Positions 22,889 through 33,900 are shown, counted from the first letter of the stretch. The stretch: 64,000 nucleotides of DNA from Thermodesulfobacteriota bacterium (GCA_965202785.1 OZ241855.1:1504001-1568000); one strand, 5' to 3'. Notes: generated by a model not told the origin, from the sequence alone. Translations and numbers: made by a program.

Positions 22889-24016
22889 TCACACTTGTAT
22901 CCAGGCCGATGTGGATGATGGTAAATGGTTCCTTCTTCTGCTAGGAATTACTAAGTCAACTTCTCCCCAATCAGAAGGTTTGTTTCCGAAATGCACAGTT
23001 TGTGTGCGTTTTTCGGGATGGTCGTACCTCATAAATAGCTTTCTGTTTGGCCAAATTTTTCGAATTGCTTCCAAAGTGGAATCCTTTGTAAACTTTCTAG
23101 CATCAGTCCGTATCCAAATAACGCTATAAGGTTTGAGCAGTTTGCTTGCCGCAGAAAAAACATTATTTAACATCTGCTTATACAACTCTTGCTTTCTTGT
23201 TGTTTCGTCCCTTCTCCAGTCGGGCAGGGGAGGTCCTTCTCCAAGCATCCATAATCGGATCCAGTTGTCTTGACGATAGTCTGTAATTGCGAAATAAGGT
23301 GGTGAAGTGAAGAGGAGGCTAAATTCTTTTCTTGAGCAGGTTTGGAGAATCTCCGCTGCGTCACCTTGCGCTATTTCTGCTGGCTGCATTTTATTTATGG
23401 GGCCATGTGTATAACGCCATGTTATTCTCTTGCGAAAGTATTCATATGGGTCTATTTCCGGTGGGTGCATATCTCTTTTTCTCCACCACCTGACAGCGTA
23501 ATCTGGACCCATTGCACGCGACTTCTGCATCTGATTGCTAATACCATCATGGAGTCTGCCGTGAAGATTAACGAGAATAAATCCCATCAATGTTCTGTCT
23601 GTTATATCATCCCGCCAATTAAGCTCACGTCTAGCGGCATTCAGGAATTCCAACACTTTTTCAGACCAAGCCCATTTTTGAAATTCAATTTTTGTCTTTC
23701 TGTCACTAGGACACACCAAACTTTTTAAATTTTCCAAACGTTTCAGCAATTTTTCCGGATTTGGTTCAGGAGATGTTTTCACTTTCGCAAAGACCCAAGC
23801 AACTGGATTTATATCAATACCCAAAGAAAAACGATTTGAAACCTGAGCTACAAAGGGTACAGTCCCACGTCCGCAAAATGGGTCCAAGATGCTACCACCT
23901 TGAGGAGTCATAGTTTCCACAACCTGTTTGGCAAAAACGACGGGAAACATTGCATAATATGGTCCGAACCCAGCCCAACGTCCAAAGGAATTACTGTATT
24001 TACCTTCTTGAGCCAT
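22889..24016 (-). CDS. DNA amino-methyltransferase, SPPY type (probable N4-cytosine)
   Basis: YYAMFP, motif I DPFCGRGT, GIDINP, motif IV TSPPY after a central variable region. Confidence 0.85.
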   Translation of the reverse strand: MAQEGKYSNSFGRWAGFGPYYAMFPVVFAKQVVETMTPQGGSILDPFCGRGTVPFVAQVSNRFSLGIDINPVAWVFAKVKTSPEPNPEKLLKRLENLKSLVCPSDRKTKIEFQKWAWSEKVLEFLNAARRELNWRDDITDRTLMGFILVNLHGRLHDGISNQMQKSRAMGPDYAVRWWRKRDMHPPEIDPYEYFRKRITWRYTHGPINKMQPAEIAQGDAAEILQTCSRKEFSLLFTSPPYFAITDYRQDNWIRLWMLGEGPPLPDWRRDETTRKQELYKQMLNNVFSAASKLLKPYSVIWIRTDARKFTKDSTLEAIRKIWPNRKLFMRYDHPEKRTQTVHFGNKPSDWGEVDLVIPSRRRNHLPSSTSAWIQV

Positions 24017-25335
24017 TAGTCCTCCAACAGACTTTTGATGATATCTGTTCCTCGTTTTAACGGAATAGCTGCGTGAGCGTGAGCACGTACCAAGGGCATG
24101 AAGCCACCCTCATATATGTGAGTCGCCAGTTGGTCCATGACATCTAGAATGTCCCCCAATCTGGGGTAACATTCTGGGGAGTTGTCTTTGAGATCTTCCC
24201 CAGTCTCGTTCAGCATAGCTGTATGAATGACAACATGCTGTTTTTTGTTGGTTTTATACAGAATAATTCGACCAAAATGGGTGTCATTACCGAAAGGTTT
24301 TCCCTTTTTGTCGACTGGGATGATGTTCTTGCTTATGTATTCATCATTAGGTGCTATCACTGTCTGCTCAGGAAAGCGTGAATTTGGCCCTATTCCGTCC
24401 TGCCAGTCTAGTTGTCTCCAGTGTTCCATGAACCGTCCGGTTTTTTCTATCCCGAATACAACTATATCTGTTCCGTTAGCAGCACGTGCTTCCTCGTTTA
24501 GTCTTTTCAACTCTTTACGAATTGGACGCAATATGGAAGCTGGTGTGCCAAAAATGGCTAGTGGGCCATCTAGCACAAAAGCGCATGTATCAAGATAAGC
24601 AGGGCTTTTTTTAACAAAAAAACGCAAGATATTTAGCAATATTAGTATTTCCAGTACGGAACGCAACCTGCCCAACGCCTCGCCTCCGGTACGGACCCCG
24701 TCAAAGTATTCATGCAACCGCAGTATGTCAGTTTCAAACATCTTTTCACCTTGATCACAACTGCAACTGTATTCTCCTATCTTGTACTCATATTTCTTTT
24801 CACAATCTACAGCGGGGCAATCAATTCGTGTGTTTAGGTCTTTGCAAATGGCGTGTAGGGTTTCAAGCAATGTCTCATGATTTTCTGCAATAGTGTTTGA
24901 TAACGTGTCATATGTCTTTTGTCTGAAGAAATTTATCGGAGTGTCCTCATCAATGTCTTTACGAACAACCCCTATGCCTGGCATTACGGCTTCCAAGGTT
25001 TGCACATTTTCCATATCACGAAAAAAAGACGGGTAAGGAATGGCGTTTGTGTCTAGGCCACTTAGCTGATTAAGCTTAATTGCTACTACCGATGTCATAA
25101 GTAGCCCCGCCTCCGCTCCTGGAAACCCATTGTTGACGCGATGCATTATATGAGATGCGTCAATAGCAATTACCCGTCTTGGATACCAGTTTCGACGAGG
25201 TGGTTTGAGTGTCGGAGGTTCTATCGGGGCGTCACTTTGTTTTACAAGGATGGTGCCTTCGAAGTCTTTTAACGCTTGGCTGTTTTGAAGCCATATAAGG
25301 CTATCACCGCTAGCAAATTCTCTTTCGTAGGGCAT
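24016..25335 (-). CDS. NurA-like nuclease (RNase H fold)
   Basis: IAIDAS (cf. AIDGS), FVLDGPL, GIEKTG, C-terminal PLVRAHAHA; adjacent to HerA. Confidence 0.8.
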   Translation of the reverse strand: MPYEREFASGDSLIWLQNSQALKDFEGTILVKQSDAPIEPPTLKPPRRNWYPRRVIAIDASHIMHRVNNGFPGAEAGLLMTSVVAIKLNQLSGLDTNAIPYPSFFRDMENVQTLEAVMPGIGVVRKDIDEDTPINFFRQKTYDTLSNTIAENHETLLETLHAICKDLNTRIDCPAVDCEKKYEYKIGEYSCSCDQGEKMFETDILRLHEYFDGVRTGGEALGRLRSVLEILILLNILRFFVKKSPAYLDTCAFVLDGPLAIFGTPASILRPIRKELKRLNEEARAANGTDIVVFGIEKTGRFMEHWRQLDWQDGIGPNSRFPEQTVIAPNDEYISKNIIPVDKKGKPFGNDTHFGRIILYKTNKKQHVVIHTAMLNETGEDLKDNSPECYPRLGDILDVMDQLATHIYEGGFMPLVRAHAHAAIPLKRGTDIIKSLLED

Positions 25336-25355
25336 TTATCCGACACTCCTTTGGG

Positions 25356-27500
25356 TTATTCTGGGTCTTCAGCATTGGGGGGTATTACTGTGAATTTGTT
25401 TATCTGAACCGGTACTATGTACGGGTTAGATAAACAACGCATTCGCAAGAAACCTGTGTCGGGAACCTTGAGTATCTGGTCAACGAACATCTCAAAATCG
25501 TAGTATTTGCTGAGTTCTCGCGTTTCGTCTTTATTATTGAGGTGTGCTACGAACCAGTTATCGGTGTTTTTCAGTATATTTGGCAAGATGGAACTTGGTT
25601 CCTGTGTGGAATAAACCAACCCGATGTGAAACTTGGAACCTTCTTTGGCTACCCGAGCCCATATCGAGTCCAGCTTCGGATCATGTGAAGGGATCAAGTT
25701 GTGAGCCTCCTCTACATACACGATAATATCAGGTGGTGGTTGGATATTTCCATCTTCATCGCGTACTAATTCCCCATCTTCGTCTCTCAATGGATTTGTA
25801 AAAACCTGTTTTTGACGATTGAAAAGCTCCCACATTATGCGTTCGGACGTATGTTCAATCTCTGTTGGCGAACCAATTGACTGGTCAACAATGACCAACT
25901 TACCATTAACGAGTTCATTGACAATTTCTGTTGAGTAATCGGATTCCACGCTGGGGCTATGCCTTTCATTCAGTTCTCGTACTCTTGAAACACCACCTGG
26001 ATGCTGCAAAAGGGAAAGTAATCCGTCCAATGTATCATCGTTCCATCGTTCACTTCCACCTTCCATATGTTGTCGATTAAATTCCTGAAAATTGGGGTGA
26101 TCTATAAATTCCCTCAGAGCCTTTATAGCCGAGAATAACTCATCCCAAGAAATTCTATGTTTTGCAAAACTATTAGCTGCTGAATTATAAATATCATTTT
26201 CGTGTTCGGTGGACTCCATTGCATCTCTTAATTCCTTACCAAAAAGACCTTTTATATTAGCTTGTTTTAGATTGTTTGGCGGAAAAAAGTTAGCTGCAGC
26301 AAGAATGCTTCTGTATACGGTGATATTGCGTCGATAACGAACTTGGGTGCCTGACTTCTCCCAGTCCTGCGACGGCGGTTCTATGTTGGTACTGATAAAA
26401 TTCCGAACGTATTGCGCATCAGATCTTTCTCGTAGATGTTCGTTAATTACTGCTTTTCCTGCGAAAAGCATGGAAAGCAAGGACCTAACATTCTCTTTGT
26501 CCTTCCAATCAAAGATGTTTTCACCAAAGAAGTTAAGTTTGATTAAACGTCGTCTTTCGTCGTTTGGATGCTCAAAAAGCCCGTAAGTCACCACATCGTC
26601 TTGACCGATGTTGCGCAAGCATCCTTCATCCTGTGGATTATCGTTAGCGTATTCTCCATTCACATCAAAAATCAATTGGCCAATACGTCCTTTTTCTGGG
26701 TAAAGTTCGCGCAATTTAAATATGGAGGAGGAAATAGTCTTGATAGTGTTTGATTTACCGCTTCTGCTCATACCGAAAAGTGCGGTGCGACGTGCAAGCA
26801 TATCTGTGGGCTCAATATATACCGGTACGGTTTTGCTATTTTCATCAACTGGGACCTCACTTGAGGAATAGCGGATTCGGCCAACGGGGACAGGTTTTCC
26901 CGCGAGGGAATGTTTCTTTCCCATAGGCTTGGTAAAATTGACAATCTTTGATAATGCTTCCCCCATAGGTTTATAAACCTTCATTCCCTGCCCGGAATAG
27001 AAATTAGAAATATCCGCACCGAAAGAGTTTTCCCATCGGCCATCCTTATGCAAATAGCGGAAGGTTCCTAACACGTTGCAGCGAACCCCGGCATGGCGCA
27101 ATTGATTTAGGGTGAATTGATCGGTTTTGTCATCGGCATCCCAGTGTTCAGGAGAATCAATGGAGCGACGGGCAGCATCAAACCGCCAATTATCCGTATC
27201 AATTTTATTGGGGAGTGGTGAATGTCCGACAACGCGAAGCAAGATAAGCACTGCGTCCTCATTATTCGCCTTAGGTTCAGTTTCTGGGATTGTTCTGGTT
27301 GCAAGCAAGAAACAACCCATCGGCAGACCCTTAACGTCTTGTCTAAGTGCATCATGTACAAGAATTATTGCCTCTGAATAGTCTAGAGATAATAGGTCTC
27401 CAACCTTCATAGTATCATCAACATAGGATGATAAACTATTTCCGGTTTTCTCCCCGCTGTCTTTTTCAAAATCCTCTATTTCTTCATTAAGCAAAGCCAT
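25356..27500 (-). CDS. HerA/DUF87 family FtsK-HerA ATPase
   Basis: N-terminal HAS-barrel-like region, Walker A GMSRSGKS, LIFDVNGEY, Walker B YVEEAHNL, KEGSKFHIGLVYSTQEP. Confidence 0.88.
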   Translation of the reverse strand: MALLNEEIEDFEKDSGEKTGNSLSSYVDDTMKVGDLLSLDYSEAIILVHDALRQDVKGLPMGCFLLATRTIPETEPKANNEDAVLILLRVVGHSPLPNKIDTDNWRFDAARRSIDSPEHWDADDKTDQFTLNQLRHAGVRCNVLGTFRYLHKDGRWENSFGADISNFYSGQGMKVYKPMGEALSKIVNFTKPMGKKHSLAGKPVPVGRIRYSSSEVPVDENSKTVPVYIEPTDMLARRTALFGMSRSGKSNTIKTISSSIFKLRELYPEKGRIGQLIFDVNGEYANDNPQDEGCLRNIGQDDVVTYGLFEHPNDERRRLIKLNFFGENIFDWKDKENVRSLLSMLFAGKAVINEHLRERSDAQYVRNFISTNIEPPSQDWEKSGTQVRYRRNITVYRSILAAANFFPPNNLKQANIKGLFGKELRDAMESTEHENDIYNSAANSFAKHRISWDELFSAIKALREFIDHPNFQEFNRQHMEGGSERWNDDTLDGLLSLLQHPGGVSRVRELNERHSPSVESDYSTEIVNELVNGKLVIVDQSIGSPTEIEHTSERIMWELFNRQKQVFTNPLRDEDGELVRDEDGNIQPPPDIIVYVEEAHNLIPSHDPKLDSIWARVAKEGSKFHIGLVYSTQEPSSILPNILKNTDNWFVAHLNNKDETRELSKYYDFEMFVDQILKVPDTGFLRMRCLSNPYIVPVQINKFTVIPPNAEDPE

Positions 27501-27778
27501 CTCTACATTATGTATGCTTTAAACGGGTTAAAATTAACTATAGAACATACCGGTTTTTCTACCATAGGTCATGTTTTTAAAGGCTAGAGGTGAAGAGTAA
27601 AGAGCCTAGTACTCTTGACATGAAGACGGATTCACTTTTGATTTTACTCATTCTTATGGATAATGTTGCATTTACAGTCTGAGTGCTTTATGTGAGTTAG
27701 TCTGAATAAGGCACTGAAGATGCAATAAATGACTCCCATATGTTTGAAATCATCAAGACTTTGATGTGATTTAATGCA

Positions 27779-30700
27779 ATGAAAGACAGAAGGAAAAACA
27801 ACTACGAACAGTTGAAGGCGAAACTAGAAGAAATATTCCAGATGAACCAAGCTGATCTGGATTTCGGCATCTATCGCATAATGAACACTAAACGCGAGGA
27901 AATTCTTCGTTACTTGGACAAGCAGCTTCAACCGCAGGTAAAGGAAATTCTTTCTTCTCTTGTGTCAGGCAATACAGTTGAAATTGAAGAGCGCATGAAA
28001 AAAATAGAGCGACAGGCAAGACGCTTTAAAGCTGACCCTGAAGACGATCCTGAATACCAGGATTTGGCGAAGCGCAAGGCTGGCAATCTGGAGATTGACG
28101 CGCTTGAAAAAGAAATATTTTCAGATCTCTTTAACTTTTTTTCTCGGTATTACGAAAATGGTGACTTTTTGTCGCTACGACGCTACAAGGCGGACGTGTA
28201 CGCGATTCCGTTTGAGGGTGAAGAAGTAAAACTTCATTGGGCGAACCACGATCAATATTACATAAAGACGTCGGAATATTTCACCAATTACTCTTTCAGA
28301 CTGCCGGAATCTGAAAGGCGCGTCCATTTTCGCTTGATCAAGGCAGGAACGGAGCAGAACAATAATAAAGAGAAAAGAGGCAAAGAGCGGCGCTTTATGT
28401 TGTCACATGAAAAGCCATTATTTTTTGATAACAAAGACCTAGTGATTGGTATTGAATATGTTGCTGACTCGGAGCGCAGAAATCAGGGAAAAATCAATCA
28501 ATCTATCATAGAGACCTTAAGAACCGACAGTCGACTGACCGACTTTGACGAATTATTCAGCATCGAAAATGTTAATGATAAAGAAGTTATGGTGCTTGAG
28601 CGACACCTGAAATTATATAGTGCGCGTAATACTTTTGATTATTTTATCCATAAGGATTTAGGAGGCTTTCTGCGAAGAGAGTTAGACTTTTTCTTGAAAA
28701 ATGAAGTGTTGGTATTAGACGATATAGTTGATCAAACGCCGAAAAATTTTGAAAAGCGATTGGCGAAGCTTAAGGCGCTTAAAGAGATAGGACATAAAAT
28801 CATCTTGTTTCTGGCACAGCTTGAGAATTTTCAAAAAAAACTTTGGCTTAAGAAGAAATTTGTTGTGGAGACTAACTGGTGTATCACGCTTGACCGTGTT
28901 CCGGAAGAATTCTACGCGGAAATTGCTGTCAATGAAGATCAGAGGGAAGAATGGGTACGTTTGTTTGCTATTGATGAGATGAAAGCGAGCAATGGTGATT
29001 TATCGGAAACTAGTGGCGACGCAGCAGGCTACGGCAAACCGCTAAGTGAAGATTTTTTAAAAGACAATCCCTATCTGTTACTGGATACAGCTTTATTTGA
29101 TGAAGACTTCAAGCAGCGGCTGATTGCCAGAATAGACAATCTTGACGAACAGACTGATGGATTGCTGATCCACTCAGAGAATTTTCAGGCGCTTAATTTA
29201 TTACAAGAGAAATATCGGGAAGAAGTGAAATGTATCTATATAGATCCTCCCTACAATACTGACGAAGATGAATTTGTCTATAAAGACAATTATCGTCATA
29301 GCAGTTGGTTGACAATGATGTATGACAGGATACTAAGCACTAGAGAACTAGTCGTCGATAATTCCTCTTTTGCAGTCAGTATTAACGAAGAAGAACTTTT
29401 TAACCTAAAGCTGTTGATGAATGAGGTTAAAGGGCAAGAACATTATGTAACAACTATTACAGTAAAGGTTCGACATGATGACCGCATTTTAAAGGGGGAC
29501 AAAGATATACATGAAACTACAGAACAGCTTGTAGTTTATAGGAATAGTTATGACTTCAATCCAGGCAAAAGAATTTTAGACGACACTTCACTTAGTGAAT
29601 ATGTTTGGACTATTGAAGTTAGCGGCAGCCCTTTCGAAACTAAATCGATGGGCAACAAACAAGTAGAAATTTACTCTCCTAATCAATTACAGATTGTAAA
29701 AGGGAGTTCAAGCGAGACTTCGCTAAAACGTATTAACATCCGAGGTAGTTTGAGGGCAGGAAATTCTAGTGGAAGATTTTACGTGACGAATATTGAACCA
29801 TTGTTTAATGAGTACAGAGGGTGTCTGTTCAAAGTTCCTAATATGGGAAATGATATCTATGATCATAGGTGGTTCTTTATCCCTGATCAAAACTCCAACC
29901 GTGTAAATGGAGACTATTTCCAAGGGGTTCCGATTGACAAAAAAGAGACAAAAGCTATTCCTTACCCTAATCACTGGGATGTAGAGATTAACTTTTGGGA
30001 TTATGAAAAAGAATTTAACAGAGCTGGTTATGAAGGTTCAATTAACTTCAGACAGGGCAAAAAACCAACCGCATTTATAGAGAAATATCTGGAAGTGGCA
30101 GGAGTGAAAGATGACTGTCAAAGCCTTGTTCTTGACTATTTTGCAGGGTCTGGCAGCACTGGTCATGCAGTGATTAACTTAAATCGCGAAGACGGGGGCA
30201 GGCGAAAATATATCCTTGTGGAGATGGGAGAGTATTTTGATACAGTCACAAAACCCAGAATTCAGAAAGTGATTTATTCAAAGGACTGGAAAAACAGAAA
30301 GCCCGCTAGCCATGGAGGTTTGAGCCACTGCTTCAAGACAATCCGATTGGAGTCTTATGAGGATACGTTAAACAACCTGATTCTAAGTGGCAACAAGTCA
30401 TCTGGCAATGATCTGCTGGAAGACGACAGTTACCGAGAGCAATACTTACTTTCCTACATGCTGGATATCGAAAGCAGGGGTTCCCTACTTAACCTTGATC
30501 TGTTCGACAAACCGTTTGGTTATCAACTCCTTATTAACCGTCGGAATGAGGTTCGCAAGACAACCGTTGATCTGGTGGAAACCTTCAATCATCTGATCGG
30601 CCTTAATGTTTCTAGTCAGGATCAAGTACGTTGTTTTTATACGGATTTTGTCCGTGACGAAGAAGATAAGCTAATTATCAAAGATCGTATGAGGCAGTCG

Positions 30701-30991
30701 GACACGGGAGACTTCGTTTATAGAATGGTGAAAGGTAAAACTCGCGGAGGAGAGGAAACGCTTATTATCTGGCGAGAATTAACCGGCAATCTAGAAAAAG
30801 ATAATGTTGCACTGGATGAATATTTCCGAACACAGGAGTGGTATACAAATGGAAAGAGGTGGCATCCCGATGTCATCTATGTTAACGGTGACAATAACCT
30901 GCTTAGCATCCGAAAAGATGAAGAAAACTGGGAAGTACGGTTGATTGAAGAAGTATTTCACCGTCTGATGTTTGAGAATGAAGGGGTTTAA
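27779..30991 (+). CDS. mod: Type III R-M-like modification methyltransferase (large Mod)
   Basis: IHSENFQAL, IYIDPPYNT, KKP, LDYFAGSGSTGHAV (beta-class m6A order); 3 nt from res. Confidence 0.85.
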   Translation: MKDRRKNNYEQLKAKLEEIFQMNQADLDFGIYRIMNTKREEILRYLDKQLQPQVKEILSSLVSGNTVEIEERMKKIERQARRFKADPEDDPEYQDLAKRKAGNLEIDALEKEIFSDLFNFFSRYYENGDFLSLRRYKADVYAIPFEGEEVKLHWANHDQYYIKTSEYFTNYSFRLPESERRVHFRLIKAGTEQNNNKEKRGKERRFMLSHEKPLFFDNKDLVIGIEYVADSERRNQGKINQSIIETLRTDSRLTDFDELFSIENVNDKEVMVLERHLKLYSARNTFDYFIHKDLGGFLRRELDFFLKNEVLVLDDIVDQTPKNFEKRLAKLKALKEIGHKIILFLAQLENFQKKLWLKKKFVVETNWCITLDRVPEEFYAEIAVNEDQREEWVRLFAIDEMKASNGDLSETSGDAAGYGKPLSEDFLKDNPYLLLDTALFDEDFKQRLIARIDNLDEQTDGLLIHSENFQALNLLQEKYREEVKCIYIDPPYNTDEDEFVYKDNYRHSSWLTMMYDRILSTRELVVDNSSFAVSINEEELFNLKLLMNEVKGQEHYVTTITVKVRHDDRILKGDKDIHETTEQLVVYRNSYDFNPGKRILDDTSLSEYVWTIEVSGSPFETKSMGNKQVEIYSPNQLQIVKGSSSETSLKRINIRGSLRAGNSSGRFYVTNIEPLFNEYRGCLFKVPNMGNDIYDHRWFFIPDQNSNRVNGDYFQGVPIDKKETKAIPYPNHWDVEINFWDYEKEFNRAGYEGSINFRQGKKPTAFIEKYLEVAGVKDDCQSLVLDYFAGSGSTGHAVINLNREDGGRRKYILVEMGEYFDTVTKPRIQKVIYSKDWKNRKPASHGGLSHCFKTIRLESYEDTLNNLILSGNKSSGNDLLEDDSYREQYLLSYMLDIESRGSLLNLDLFDKPFGYQLLINRRNEVRKTTVDLVETFNHLIGLNVSSQDQVRCFYTDFVRDEEDKLIIKDRMRQSDTGDFVYRMVKGKTRGGEETLIIWRELTGNLEKDNVALDEYFRTQEWYTNGKRWHPDVIYVNGDNNLLSIRKDEENWEVRLIEEVFHRLMFENEGV

Positions 30992-30994
30992 GCC

Positions 30995-33900
30995 ATGGTG
31001 AGAAAAGGGAAAGGCTCGTTAGAATTTCAGCAGAAGCTTATACTGAATCAGTGGCTCCTCAATCTGTTTAGAGTGGACAGTCTGGAAAAGATCGCTAAGC
31101 ACTTAAAGGACGAAGACCTTGAAGGATACGATGGAGAAAATGTTTCCCGTTTTTGCCGAGAGATCATCAACCGTCTACTAGAAAATAGCGGCATACGGCC
31201 GGAAGATTTACTTATTTTTGATGAAAACATCTTCCACCATACCGAAAGATTGAACCGCGCTCGTCGAGGTGTGGAGAGAATCCGGTGGAAATATTTCCAA
31301 TATCTTGCCCTGCTGTTCACGGAAATTTACCTCGACCATTATTTTCGTGATTCTACCGAACTACAAGAAGATTTGAACGAATATGTTAACGCCTTTAACG
31401 ATAGAAACGAACCCGCGGACCACATTGAACCTTTTGAACAAGATGACCTAAACCGCATTGCGTTTTTCCAAGCCACAGGTTCTGGTAAGACGCTTCTTAT
31501 GCATATCAACATCATGCAATACCGCCATTATCTTAAAAGGGTTAACCGGGAGCATGAATTAAACAGGATTATCCTACTGACAATAAATGAAGGATTGTCA
31601 AAGCAGCATCTTGAGGAATTCGAAGCGTCTGGAATGCAGGCAGTCTTGTTTGAAAAGGAACATGGTCAGAGCCTATTTGCCGGCTGGCAAATAGAGATAA
31701 TTGATATTCACAAGCTCGCAGACAAGATGGGGGACAAAACAGTTGCGGTTGAGGCCTTTGAGGGCAAGAACCTTGTGTTAGTAGATGAAGGTCATCGAGG
31801 CAGTTCCGGCGAAGAGTGGATGAAGAGGCGGAATCAGCTTTCAAAAGACGGGTTTGCCTTTGAATACTCAGCTACCTTTGAGCAGGCAGTTGCCGCCAGC
31901 AGGGATAAGAAACTTGAACAGCAGTATGCAAAGTCCATTCTGTTTAACTACTCGTACCGTTATTTCTACCATGATGGCTTTGGAAAGGATTACAGAATCT
32001 TGAACCTAGATGATTCAAAAGATGTGGACGGTGCGAACCGCACACGTTATCTAACTGCCTGCGTGCTGACATTCTATCAGCAGATGCGCTTTTTTGATGA
32101 CAATCAACATATTGTTCGTAGATTCAATCTTCATAAGCCTTTATTGGTTCTGGTTGGAGGCTGGGTTGCTAGAAGCCGGGTTACTAAGGGTCTAAATAGT
32201 AAAGAAGCTTCTGACGTAATCGAATTCCTCTTGTTTTTGGGGAAGTTTCTCAAGAACGAACAGGAGAGCATACAAGAAATCAAAGCAATTCTGAGAGGGA
32301 CACATGGTCTTTCGTGGGAAGATAGAGACATTTTTTCCGGTGCGTTTACTTATCTGGAGCATCTTGACGAAAATCCCGCAGAAATCTTTGCTGACATAAA
32401 GCGTCGTGTTTTTAATTCGAATCAAGGATTCCTGATGATTGAACATTTGAAAGGAAGCGATGGTGAAATTGCTCTTAGTCTTGGTGAAGATCATCCATTC
32501 GGGGTTATAAATGTTGGTAATTCAAAAAAGCTAGCTGATTTGTGCAGGGAAAAGAATGACGATGTTTTAGAGGTGCGCGACCGTGAGTTCGTCGATTCAT
32601 ATTTTACGACGATTAACGAAAGGAACTCGTCGATAAATATTCTGATTGGTTCAAAGAAGTTTACCGAAGGGTGGAACAGCTGGCGCGTCAGCACCATGGG
32701 ACTTATGAATGTTGGCAAAAGCGAAGGTTCTCAGATTATTCAGCTGTTTGGACGTGGTGTGCGTTTAAAGGGCCTTGATTTTAGTCTTAAGCGTAGCGGT
32801 GAAATGCCGAACATACATCCGCCGAGATATATGAAGAAGCTAGAGACTCTGAATATTTTTGGAGTACGCGCGGGCTATATGAAACAATTCAGTGAGTTCC
32901 TAGAAAGAGAAGGCTTACCTAAAGATAGTGATTTCAAGGACATTGCGTTGCCAGTTATCTGCCATTACGACAGCCAGAAGAAATTAAGAGCAATTCGCCT
33001 TAAAGACGGTTTAGACTATAAAAAACATGCCCCGCGTCCGGTACTTGCGTTTGAGAGGGAGTATTTTAGGCGTTATAAAGTCATTGTTGATTGGTATCCG
33101 AAGATTCAAGCCAGCATTAGCCCGGATGCCGAGTTGCCTGTAGAGATGGTGAAGTATAAGCGGAATTGGTTTTCAAAGGATCATCTTGCTTTTGTTGATA
33201 TAAATCAGATTTTCTTTGATCTTGAATCGCACAAAAACCGGCATGGATGGCACACTCTCAACTTGCCCAGAGAATTTATAAGGGATTTGCTGCTTGACCA
33301 TAGTTGGTATGAGATAAAAATTCCAGGTGAACGCATGAAGTTCAGTAGTAATATGGCCGAAGATATTCTTCGCTGGCAGGAAATAGCTTCTGTGTTGCTC
33401 AAAAAATATCTCGAAAGGTTTTATAAATTGAAACGTTCCCGTTGGGAGCAAAAACATCTTGAATACTGGTTTCTTGACAGACAGAGCCGCAATCTGCTCT
33501 GGGATGAGGACAGCGGGCAACATCAGTATATTGTCAGCGTTGATGCCAAACGTGAAGATTTAATAGAGCGGGTCACGGAATTAAAAAAGGCCATTACCGA
33601 TGGGAACCCTAGTTCATTCGAATCGGAGAATTTTAAAATTTTTACTGACTCCAGACATCTTTATGAACCACTGATATACATCGGTGAAAAAGTAGACTAC
33701 ATCAAAGTTAAGCCTGTGGCGCTCAATGAGGGAGAAAAACATTTTGTTGAGAGTTTAAGGCAGTATGCACAACAGCATGAGAACTTTTTCAGAGACAAAG
33801 AAATGTACCTCCTTCGTAACCAAAGCAGGGGGATCGGTTTTGGTTTTTTCAATGAAGGAGGATTCTATCCCGATTTTATATTGTGGATTTTGTGGAAAGA

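Noticed and set aside
28825-28845. A8 run in mod as a phase-variation tract
   Set aside because: A short poly-A run encoding QKK in an intact frame; I saw no tandem simple-sequence repeats of the phasevarion type in mod.
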